Shown piece by piece: positions 1 to 11,300 of a stretch of 64,000 nucleotides of DNA (positions are counted from its first letter, which is position 1; each line of letters starts with the position of its first letter). Source of the DNA: Haplodiscus bocki (Eukaryota); contig OZ296657.1 in NCBI GenBank assembly GCA_965655095.1, forward strand, positions 33,790,001 to 33,854,000, in the 5' to 3' direction. A program made the position numbers and the translations under genes. The notes under the pieces were generated by a model. The model did no database searches and was not told where the DNA came from. It was given only the letters and a program-made list of their open reading frames with translations.

Positions 1-910
1 CATAAAGATGGAGATATATCAACCAATATTGGTAAGATTTATCAAACAGAAATCGGTACTACTGACTCATCAATAAAACGCATGCTTATTGATAGTCTAG
101 TAAATGTTGATCATAATGGAAAAAAGCACACCATCCTCTTGAACTAAAGTTCGCTTCTTGTAAAACATTGAAAAAAACTAACAAGAAGCTTGGGTTCCGA
201 ACTCCAACTAAAAAAACTAAATGAGAAACCAAATATCAATTACGCCACTTTTGGAGGTAATGACGCGATTGTTACAATCAACACTTTTTATCTATATATA
301 CAAAGTATGTCCCATCACCAAAACAACAACAAAACTTTAGTGAATCCATCAAGAAAAGTTTCAGTTTTTCTTTTGATTCTTGGGTGACTGATGGAAAACC
401 AGTTAACACTGGCAATGAATATCAACTAGATAGAAGATCAACATCGAATATCAACTTTCCATTACATCTAATACCCGCACATCAAAAAACGAAGCGTGAA
501 AATTAGGCAAGACGTCCAGGTTGGTTTAAAAAGCATGTTTTGATAAAGTTGACGTGAGAAAAAACCTTGCGGGGATCGATGGTATTAGGTATCCAAAGGA
601 TCCAATCGGAACGGATAACTCGGAAAACAAATACTTAGACCAATATAGAGGTCTCAAGTTGTTTTACAAGGAAAACAATGGAGAATCAATATTAAACTAG
701 TTTAAAAGTTATCTTGATATGAAAAGTATATATCCTATTCAAGTTATTGATCTAAGATTTCAAATTGATTATGTAACACCAAAAAAGTTAAGTCTTTTTG
801 AGGAATTTGAAGCCGCTCCTGAACACACCATTTTGTTTTTAATTTTGATGAAACACACAAAAAAAAGAAAATGGTTTCAGATGGAAAAATAAAAAAGGAA
901 TTGTAGTTAA
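1..910 (+). pseudogene. C-terminal part of probable Polinton major capsid protein
   Basis: Fragmented frames VTINTFYLY, IDGIRYPKD, YLDQYRGLKLFYKE, YPIQVIDLRFQ. Lies directly upstream of the protease, as in Polintons. Assignment is by recalled similarity. Confidence 0.55.
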
Positions 911-943
911 TTGAGAGTTAATGCTCTGTGGATTACCAATCCA

Positions 944-1344
944 ATGAAAATCAATACTTAGTTTAACAGATTTCGTGAAAGAAAAACAATTAAAGAAGAA
1001 AACTATGACCAAAAGTGAATTACAAAGAGTTTATATCTTTCCTATATATCCTAGAGATTCAGAAATAACCCATAATAAAGGAATTGTAAATGCTGATAAC
1101 GGACAATTGGTTGGTACTCATTGGACTTGTTTTTACAAAAAAGGTAATAAGTGATTACTCTGATTCGTTTGCTGGTCTTTCGCAATGAATTTCTGCGACA
1201 ACAGTTACCAAAGTCTTTGACCAACCATAACGTTAAAAAACAAGATATAAATAGTAGTTTATGTGGTACATAGTTTTTATAATTTATCTATTTAATAGAA
1301 AGAATGATGTATTATGATGGTATTTCAAAAATCTATTTTAGTTA
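944..1344 (+). pseudogene. Adenain-like (Polinton PRO) cysteine protease
   Basis: GTHWTCFY (catalytic His, 1113-1136), DSF, and QDINSSLCG (oxyanion Gln and catalytic Cys, 1241-1267); internal stops. Confidence 0.85.
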
Positions 1345-1351
1345 AAAAATT

Positions 1352-2660
1352 ATGCCGAAAAATGTAATTGGCGGCACATCAGTGAATACTCAAAAAGAAA
1401 AATGGTCCATCCTTATTTGTACAAAAACCTTATCGAAGAGCCAATTATATCGAGAATAATATAAAAGATATTAACCTACATAATCAAAATAGAAGTAAAA
1501 GTCTAAAAGACCCCATTTCCATCAACAAAACTGCTTCAAAAATTTTTATTGATAGTTTACTTAACGATCCAAGTGTGATAAAAAACAATGCACAAGTTGA
1601 CTTCATTGATAAAAGTTTCCGTAAGGTCCGATTTGTTAAAGTAAACAGTAGGCCAGCAGTTGGAGAACATTTAACATCAAAATATTATGTTGATCAAATT
1701 TTTTCTAACAGTGTAGAGAAATCATCATTTTTAAGATTAGACCCTAGTGAAGACTTAAAAATTGATGAACAACTTTTCGAAAATCTCAACTCTGCTTTAA
1801 CAACACCGACGACAATAATCGAAAAATCAAACGAAACCTACTTCGATTCCTTATCCGAAAACGATAGAAAAAGACGCGATATTTCTGTGTTATTCAAAGA
1901 TCAAGATAACGAGTTTGATTATAGAAGTTAACAAAATCAGATTTGTTTACGTTTAATACAAGTCCTAGTTCAGATAACGAATTCTCAATTTAAAAATATG
2001 TTGATGATGAAATGAACAAAACTTGTTTTTTCAGAGCTGATCAAACACTACAAAACTATCTCAAAATCTCGGTTGGAAAGGATGATTGTAATCATACAAA
2101 ATATGAAACAGAACAAATAGAAGATACAACTTTTTTTAGAACAAGTAATGCTGGAGCGTTGTTTCTGCCTCGATGGAAATTGGAGTGTAATGGTAAAAAA
2201 ATTGGTGGTAGAGCATCAAAATTGATGAAGGCAACAAAAACAATCAGTCCAACAGTCAAAACCAGAGCTACTCATATACCACAAAGAGGAGATTCTTTCA
2301 TCTATGTTGATACAAGTGGTCATAATTGTGGCTAAAATGTTTTTGGGAGTTTTGAACGAACAGATTTTATACGAAACGGTAATATTACCATTTATTAGAA
2401 TCGATAATCAAACCCGAGTAACATTCTCAGACTAAAAGGAGGATTTCGAATTCATTAACCGTTACCTTACGGTCAATGGTCTTCTGATTATTTAAATGAT
2501 AAAAAAAGTAATTATAGAACAAATTCAAACAATTGGACTCCATTAAACTTAGATTTTGCAGAACCAAAATACGGTATCAAACTAGTTTACAATCAAATAG
2601 ATACAACGTTAGCAGACATGTGTTTAAGTAATAATGTGATCACACAATCAGTATATCAAA
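1352..2660 (+). pseudogene. Polinton uncharacterised protein with repeated K-x-Y-V-D-type motifs (possible fibre/structural protein)
   Basis: ORF fragments 1575-1931 and 2012-2335; recurring SKIFID / SKYYVD / ETYFD / KYVD motifs. Confidence 0.4.
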
Positions 2661-3127
2661 TGGACCATATAAATCATTTTGAAGATTTGTATGAATCTAT
2701 TTTTGAATGTAGAAAAATAGTGTTATGATGGTTTTTAATGAAAAAATGATGTTGATATATTAAAAGAATGTGGTTTTTCGAAAACCTGAAATTAATCGTC
2801 TTCATTCAGAATTTTAAAAAAAATTACTTGAACAAATTGACGGATACCTTGACTGTATCAAAAATGAGCAAGAGTCAATTATCGAGACATTTCCTAATAC
2901 TTAAATGAAAAACTACTTTCCAACACTGTTCGAGGATATGCGACACGAACGTAGTTTATTTTTACTACTAACTTTAACAAATCCAAATATATGAAAACAA
3001 GCAGGGTTCATAGATTATGAAATGAAAACATTAAAAAATCTAGCTCCAGATAAGCTTCACAGTGTATGTACTTTAAAACAAAATGTTGCTTTGCTTTTAA
3101 TCGATAAGTATTTTCTTTTTAATAAAC

Positions 3128-3745
3128 AATGCCTTATCCAAATTTGAATATTGACCCAGAATTGCTTAAAAATGAAACAAAGGATGATGAATAAAAAGGC
3201 CTCAAATGTAAAACTGAAACAGAAGATCATGAAAACATTTGAAATGTCTTAAAAATGATGATGAGTATTATAGGAAGTGAAAAAAAATTAAACAAAAAGA
3301 AAGTATTAATATTTATCACAGAACTTTTATTTATATGCATCAACAATAACTATCAGTACATTATCAATCGCTAATCCGAGTGTACGCAATATCATATTAA
3401 GCAGCACAACTTTATTAACATCGATTGCTAACTTAATCACGAACCATTATATTTCAAAGCTGAAAATAAGACAAAATAAGTTACGAGATTGGATAAATGT
3501 AAATATGTTACTTTATGAAAAGACATCAAAACATCCAATGATGCATGAATAGATAGTTGAAAAAGAAATTTACGGAATAAAAAAGATTTATAATCTTTAT
3601 TTGGAAAAGACAACTGATACTTGAAGAACATTCAGTTCAAAGTAGATGTATTTGTGTAAATTTGAAAGAAGAGAAGAATCAATTTCGTCAAAATAAAAAA
3701 CCAATGTTGATCATTTTTTAGCCCAGTTGATGTGAATAATAATAA
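3128..3745 (+). pseudogene. Polinton small membrane/coiled-coil protein
   Basis: MPYPNLNIDPELLK start; hydrophobic segment ISTLSIANPSVRNIILSSTTLLTSIA; frameshifted. Confidence 0.4.
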
Positions 3746-3899
3746 TAATATAAAGGGTAACTTGTTTACACCTAGAAAGAAAAAAAAACTTAGGAACCAA
3801 ACGCTCCCCCAGAAGAGGATTTTTAGTATGAAAGCGGATTCAAACAAAAAAGATACTGCTTGGGAAGACGATACCTGTCAAAGACTCACAACGTAGTAG

Positions 3900-4428
3900 A
3901 ATATGAGAAAAAAATCCTAAAACAAAAAAATTGAGAAAGTTAGACAAGGAAAATTTGGTATTTGTGGTCGTAGTGAATAAAAAACTTTTACTAACCAAAA
4001 GAATGAAGGAGAAGAAGAGGAATAGAAAAGGTAAAATTAAACAAAGTTCACCTATGTCAACTTCGGTGCGGTCCAAAATGAATAGCAAAGCTCATATTCT
4101 CAAGGTACATGATATGTCTCCGAGTGCTAAATGTAAATGTCAAAGTCAAGGGCTTTTTCTCCTACACAATTTCAACTGGAAAGAGCAGGATTTAAAAACA
4201 ACGAGGCTATAATTTCAAAGTGAGTCAAACAACTTTGAATAAATTTCTGAAGCCGGCTCGCAATGCAGCCGCACCCTTTACCGGTCTGGCTGTAGCTGCC
4301 AAAAGTAAAAATCCTCAAGTTGGGTAAGCAACGACTACTATCTTAAACTCAATAAGTCGTGAAAAAATACTGAGTTCAACAGACATGCATGATCACGGTT
4401 TGCGTCTAAAAGTTATGAAAATCCTTTA
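3900..4428 (+). pseudogene. Polinton basic (core-like) protein remnant
   Basis: K/R-rich frame (KEKKRNRKGKIK), then KFLKPARNAAAPFTGLAVAAKSKNPQVG ... SSTDMHDHGLRLKVM. Confidence 0.35.
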
Positions 4429-4448
4429 AAACAAACCTAATTAAACAT

Positions 4449-5098
4449 ATGAGCAGCTCAATTTGAGATTTATTCGACTATCCATTAGTTAGAAAATGTT
4501 GTGGAGGTTAAGTGATTTGTTCAAAATTTAAATTCAATAAACATAAAAAACAAAAAACGGGTTGAAACTTGTTTGAAAATTTCGTCGAAAAAAATATTTT
4601 TAAATAAATCTGCAAAACTTTTTTAAAAAGCAAAGGATTGGCAAAAAGCAACCCTGAAAATCCAAAACTTCCTAATAATAAAAATTATTGAAGAAACTAG
4701 AGGAAAGAGAAATAATGGTCAAAAAAAGAAGAAAAATAGATAAAACTTTCGCTTGATTGTAAACGCATGGAATAAGATTTAAAAAGCAATAAGAGGTAGA
4801 TCAAAATCATTTTCTACAATAGATATATTAGGAACGGACAATGATAACTATGAAAAAAGGATTGAATGTCAGATGACGCTGGAGATGAATTGGTCAAAAA
4901 TTGAAAGCAATCATGTTAAAACAACCTGATTATTCGAAGTCTCCAAAGATGAGGATTTTAACGGAGCTTTCAATTGGATTAAAACTCAAAAATTATTGAA
5001 GCGAATTCATCAGAAAACGAACTGAGTTTGATTTCTTAGCATACAGATTACAGTTTAATAGATCTTATCATGTTCTGAAGCTCAATGAAGAAGGATAA
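4449..5098 (+). pseudogene. HNH / endonuclease-VII-like nuclease remnant
   Basis: IDILG...IECQMTLEMNWSKIESNHVKT...AFNWIKTQ resembles the MxWxN..IDHxxP...FNxxNxQPL pattern of large-DNA-virus HNH nucleases. Confidence 0.55.
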
Positions 5099-5099
5099 C

Positions 5100-5946
5100 A
5101 TTAGAACGATCGTTGATGAATTATACCGTCCTCCACCTAAGAAAAGTTATTCAAATAAGGAATTAAAATGTAGTCACATTGATGAAAAATCGAGTATTGA
5201 TCTGTTAGATTTAAACAAACTCGAAACATTTAACCAATAGAGGATTCAGATATAGCCTAATAGTTATTGATAATTTCCTTAATTATGTTTGGACAAAACC
5301 TTTGAAAAAAATATGGTCAAACATTATCAGATGACATTTCAAATTTTCTGAATACTTCAAAACGACCACCCGATATAAAATATTCTGTTCGAGGAAAAAA
5401 ATTTCATAACAAAAGGTTACAGAACTTCCTAAAAATCAAAGATATACAATTTTTTTTCGTTATTCTGATAAGAAGCCTGCTGTGGCGGAACGATATAATA
5501 GAACATTAACTTTTCCATTTAAAAAAACAGCATTCGAAGAAGGAAGCGCTGCTTGGATATCTGAACTTCTATCTGTCATCAAACAATATAACAATTCAAT
5601 CCACAACTCAACAAAATTGATACCCATAGCAGCATCTAAAAGATTAAACGAAAAGGTAGTATTTGACAATCTCGAGGAAAAATGATAAAAAACAAAAACC
5701 TCAGTTTCAATTAGGAGACATAGTTCATACAGCAGATATTTGAAAAAAACTTTCTCGAAAAAAAATCTAACCGGTTGGTCTTACAATTTGTACACAATAA
5801 CTAAAATCATACACTATAAAGTTTCATCATGTAGAATCAACTATTTACATGAAAGGTACAATGAAAAACTTATAGGGTCCACAAAAGTAACTTTAGGTGG
5901 AAACAATCAAGTTATGAACAGAATAAATTTTTTTCAGAGAAAATGA
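5100..5946 (+). pseudogene. Polinton retroviral-like (rve) integrase
   Basis: SIDLLDL, GFRYSLIVIDNF, RGKKFHN, AERYNRT, YNNSIHNSTKLIP, FQLGDIVHTA, GWSYNLYTI motifs. Confidence 0.9.
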
Positions 5947-7559
5947 TAATTGATGGAATTAACTGCAGAAGAAAAAATTGAGAGGTATGCTAAACAATGC
6001 ACACATTGTACACAGAACACATTACCACCATATGCATGCGAATGGACTTGTTGCTCATGTTGATATATTGCGAATAAACGAAAAAACGAACTAACAAAGA
6101 ACCAATGCAAAAAGTAACAGACTAAAAAATGCTGAGGAAAAAAGATTTTGTGTGTTTGTATTGCTTATATAAAAATTATGAAGATAGTAACTGCAGGGAA
6201 ATTTTTGAAGTTTTTATCAAGAGTAGAAAAGAACAGAAAATAAATTTTGAAAAAAATACTCGAGAACTATAAAAAAAATATTCAGATTTTCAATGATACG
6301 ACTATTATGTTAACAGCAAAAGTATTTGTAAAAGTGGACCTGATAGTATTTGAATAAAGAAATGGATGCCATGTTATGATAGATATTATGAAAGCATAAA
6401 CTAAAAAATTACCATTGAGCGTTTTCGCCGCTCTAAAAGAAATATCTGAAAAATAATATTTATGTAGATGTAAGAGATGAAAGATATATTATTCATGCAA
6501 CAGAAAAAACTTTATTAGGAAAACGAAAACCACCAAACTCTTTGAGAATTCTATATCAAATACAAAAGGAAACAAAAGTTAGAAAGAACCAAAACATATC
6601 AGAACAGAAAACAAACAATCAGAAATCAAACCTTCTCCAAAACGAAAATCAAACGAAAAACAAAAAAACCTTAAAAAAATATTAAATATCCAAGCTGCAA
6701 TCAACGTAAATGGATTGAATTTGATAGAAGATGTTTTTTTGTCAAAATTGTGAACTTATTTTTATTAAACAAAAACATCAATTAGATAAAAAGAGTACTC
6801 AAACAGGACAAGATTTTTTCTACGAGACTGTCTGATGCGAACAAAAAATCAGGGAGATATTTTTCTATGATGAGTAAAAAGTTTCAGACAATGGAATGTA
6901 TGATTGAGAAGTTTTGAAGTTTAGAAGGGAAAACAAAAATATTTATCAAGGTATAAGTGTTTATTATGATGGAATGAATTATTTGCGACAAAACAACACG
7001 TTTCAACTTGAAGAGGATCCTTTTGATAAAAATGCTCAAGGTACAATATTTATCATGCATGATATACTAAATCTAATGAAATTTATACAGAACAAACCAC
7101 AGGTTAAAAGTGAGAATATAATTTTTTATGACTTGTATAATACTGTTATTGGAAACTTGACTGAGGAGGAGAAAAATCAGGTTTCATAAAAAAAATTTCA
7201 AAATTTCTGAATTGTACAAAAAAAAGGACGCAAAATGCAAATGGTCCACAGATGTGAAATTTGAAATAGTGATATTCACAGAGCATCATTTGGTAACTTT
7301 TTATAATCAAAGAAGCATTTGAAAAACTTAGGACAAGAGATTACGATTACACCAGACTGGTTATTCCAAGAACCTAATGAAAAAGTTAACAATCCGGCCG
7401 GCTAGCACCAGCATATTTTTCGCCCAACTACAATAGTTTTGATCAACTTTTGCAAACGGTTAAAATCAAAACTAGTGTTTTGATATTAGTTTTCAAACGA
7501 GCTTTACAAACATCAGTTCGACCAATGATTTCTGTTTTTTATGCCAAAAGGTATCACTA

Positions 7560-8260
7560 TTTTCCGTTGAAAAACTTTTGTCTCCGGGTGCCGAGAAAAT
7601 TCGTCGAAGAACCTTTCTATGTTTCAGAAAAACTCTGGTAACGAAAAATGTTAGGGATAAGACAGGGGGCGGTAATCAATATTTTCTGTAAAAATTGTAT
7701 TGTCTCACAGTACCGAAAAGCTTCGTAGGGGAACCCTTCGGTGTTTGAGAAAGCTTCAGGTATCGAAACATTTTATGCTTCAGAGGGTTAAGTAACGATT
7801 TTCTGTCTAATATTTTTTTGTCTCGCAGTGCCGAAAAACCTCGTAAGCGAACGCTCCTTTGCTGTGTTTCAGAAAACTTCCTGTAGCGAAAAAGTTTATG
7901 GATGAGAGGGAGGGAAGGGGGGAGCGAGTATCGAGATTTTCTATCAAATATTTTTTGTCTCACAGTGCCGAAAAAAGCCGTAGGGGAACCCTCTAGTGTG
8001 TCTCTAATATCGGGTAATGGAAAATTTTGAGCTTCAGAGGTTCATGTCACATTTTTCTGTCGAAACTTTTCTGTCCCACAGTGCCAAAATTTTTTGTTGT
8101 GGAACCCTTCTGTGCTGTGTTTCAAAAAATTTCTGGTAGCGAAAAAGTTTTTGGATAAGACGGGGGAGTATCAAGAGTTTCCGTCAAAAATTTTTTGTCT
8201 CACAGTGCCGAAATTTTTCGTAGGGGAACCCTTAGTGTTTCACTAGTTTCGTGTATCGAA
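7560..8260. repeat. ~120-bp tandem repeat (about 6 units) inside the HINE
   Basis: Recurrent tttgtctcacagtgccgaaaa...gtaggggaaccc at ~7577, 7700, 7818, 7954, 8070 and 8194. Confidence 0.85.
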
Positions 8261-8288
8261 AATTGTTAGGGATAAATCGTAAAAATTT

Positions 8289-8358
8289 TGGCAGGGCAGT
8301 GACTCGAACCTCAAACCTAATAGTTGAGAAATTTGTTGTCCTAACCCTACGGCTGTCA
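8289..8358 (-). ncRNA. tRNA-derived (SINE-head-like) segment with Pol III A/B boxes; not a functional tRNA
   Basis: Minus strand reads gacagccgtagggttagg...ttctcaa...ggttcgagtc...ctgcca (A box, B box, CCA-like end); acceptor stem pairs poorly. Confidence 0.5.
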
Positions 8359-11300
8359 TTTATTTTTGAAGAAGAAGAGGTGGCAATTTTGGTGTGAAAA
8401 AAAAGAAAAACGATCCTACTAAATGAATACTTTTCCTTGTATATTACATATAAGGCGAAAAATATTAACATACCTAGAAGAACATGTAACCCCAAAACTT
8501 TGAATTGAAAAGCGAAAAACAATATTGAAACAGATGATAAAGGCTGAAAAAAAATTAACTAGAAATATGATTAATCCATATTACTTAACCGCCAGAATAC
8601 TGAATGTAGCTTTTACTATCACTCTAGATAGCCATCATATTAATCATATGAAAGGAAAAATAACCATTAGGCCAATTTTATTTACAAAATCAGAAAAATG
8701 GTGTTAGTGAAATAGTTAAGGAAAGGATTAAAATTTTTGCGACTTCAAAAACATAACATAACTTGGTGTATCAAGTAGCAATTTCAGCACGTTTTGGTTA
8801 GCAAGATCCAGGTAATCAAGTATTGGATGAAATTGAATTATACAATAACTTGAATTTGAGCAAACATTTAGGAGAATCTTTTATTGATAAAATTGATGTT
8901 AAATCTCAATCAGAACAAAAAATTCAAAATCCAAAATCAAAAAGTAGTGAATGGGGATTTTATAATTTTAATTCGAAGACAAAAGAATTCTTAGAAACAC
9001 AGAAAAGAATGGGTCAAAAAATTTGAAAATTCCGTTGAGACCTTCACTTATATTAAATACTGGAAACGCCGATAAGTATTGTTTCCTTCGGTCAATATTA
9101 GCTAGTCTACATCCTTGTAAAAAGAATCATCCCAGCAAAGTTTCATTTTTAAGACAAAATTTTATTGAACTAAACAATGATGGATTTGATTTTACTATAG
9201 ATTCAAATGTAGTGAAGTCCATAAATTTGAGAAATTAAATTATTTATCTGAAAACATGAATGACTTAAGTTTTTATCTAAATCAAAAAGTTTGGAAACAT
9301 GAATCAATTCCCATTGAAATCAGTAAAAAGAAATGCGATAAAATTTTTGACTTGTTTTTTTATAGAAAACTTTATGTTCTCATTAAAAATTACATAGGTT
9401 TTTTAGGTAAACATGAGTCTAAGTTTGTTTGTAGACGTTGTTTGAATTGTATTTTGAGTAAAAATGTTTTATTGAAACACAAACAAAGATGTGAACTACA
9501 AGAAATAACAAGTATCAAAATACCGAAAGAATCTCATACATATTGGAAAAAACACTTTTATTTGAATCCAATAACTTTTAGGCAAAATGCAGATTTTGAA
9601 GCTGATAATGAATTTGGTAATTCTGATAAAGGAAACAAAACAACTAATCCTTATAAACACAATCCTGTATGTAATGGTTGTTATATAGAATCTGAATTGC
9701 ACATTGTCTAGAAATTGGTTACTATGAATCTCTTCTAGGTTTTGATAATGTAGGTTGGTTTGTGGATGAGGTTCCTAAAATTAGAAATTAAATTGCCCTT
9801 TTTTTAAAAAACGCTAAAAATGATATCATATTGAGTAAAGAAGAAGAACAACACTATAGAAATATGAATATTTGTCGATTTTTTGAGGAAAAAAATTTCT
9901 GATAAGGTTAGTGATCCTTGTCACCTAACAGGTAAATAAAGACCAGCTCATCAAAAATGTAATATTAATGTTAAACAGTAACAAAGTAATTTTATCCCAT
10001 TTGTATTTCACAATTTCAGTAACTATGATTGTCACCTATTCTTTAAGAAGTTATTCAATAAAAAGAATGATAAAGTGAAACTTGACTTTAAAGCTAAAAC
10101 AAACGAAGAAGTTATTTCAATAACATATGAATGTTTTAGACTTATAAATTGTTTTCGATTTCTATCAAGTAGTTCAGACCAATTAGTTAAAACATATATT
10201 GACGACAATCATAAAACGCTTGAAAATTTGGAACAAAATTGTTGGAGACGATAGTATATTGAATACTAAAAATAAATTAGAAACATTGATTAGTGAGGAT
10301 AGAACTGTTGAAGATGCCAAAAAAAGATTTTCCAGATGAAATTGAAAAATCAGAAGAACCTTTAAGTAAATATAGATCAGGAAATGATCCTAAAAATTTG
10401 AGAACAGAATTTCCTGATAAATGGAATTATTTATAAAAGAAATTAGCCTATCCTAAAGAAAAACTGAATAGTCTTGATGAATTTCAGAAACCAGTTACCA
10501 ACCTAAAAAAGGAAGGCTTCTTCAGTAAATTGAAAGATAAATATCCGAAAGATTATGAAATTGAACGAACTGAAGATGTTTTTAAGTTATTCGATATTAA
10601 TTACCGAGATCAAGTAGGGAAATTACATTTAAAAAAGTGATGTTGTTTTGCTTACATGTGAGTTTGAGAAACTTATAGAAGTATCAATTGTTGAATTTGA
10701 TATCAACTCCCTGTACTTTGTGAGTTTACCTGGTGATATTTGGTTGTGTGGCTCAAATTATACTGGTACTAATTAACAAACACTTTCCGATAAAGAATTA
10801 ATTGCGTTAATGGAGAATCCTATACGACGAGGCATTTCATCAGGAATGAGTGATCGTCATATAAAATCAGATGATACGAAAAATATATTATGCATTCATG
10901 CTATTATTTTGTATGGTTGGGCTATGAGTGAATCTCTACCTTATGATGAAATTAGATGTATAAGAAAAATCAATTGAGAAGATATATTAAAAACTCCTAA
11001 TGAAACGGATATGGGTTATTTCGTTGAAGTTGATTTAAAAAATCAAGATGAAATAAAAGGGAAGCCAAAATTTTTTCAGTTTTGCCCTGAGATTAAAGTT
11101 AGTCCTCAAGATAAGATTAGTGAAAACATAAATGAAATTAAATCGAGTACTTATACACAAACTAAAAAATTAGCTTGTTATTGGACTGATAAAAAGAGTT
11201 GTTTGTTTCGTTATTGGATGTTGAATTTCTCTAATAGACATGGAATGATAGTTGATAAAGTTCTTGAGATAATTTCATTTAAGGAAAGTTAGTGGTTAGA

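Larger units (their letters stand above)
7388..8466 (-). mobile_element. Non-autonomous Helentron/DINE-1-like element (HINE) nested in pPolB
   Basis: Perfect 12-bp asymmetric sub-terminal inverted repeat (atatttttcgcc 7413-7424 / ggcgaaaaatat 8454-8465). GC-rich palindrome at 7394-7412, minus-strand end ...TTGTT and a central tandem array. Removing it restores the pPolB frame QEPNEKV|NIPRR without a TSD. Confidence 0.75.

Noticed and set aside
8289-8358. Functional tRNA gene
   Set aside because: Acceptor and anticodon stems do not pair properly and it lies within a repeat element; treated as tRNA-derived.
7378-8472. Apparent ~17-bp TSD (gaaaaagttaacaatcc / gaaaaatattaacatacc) around the insertion
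   Set aside because: Explained by the element's own subTIR and aaca terminus; precise removal restores the PolB frame with no duplication.
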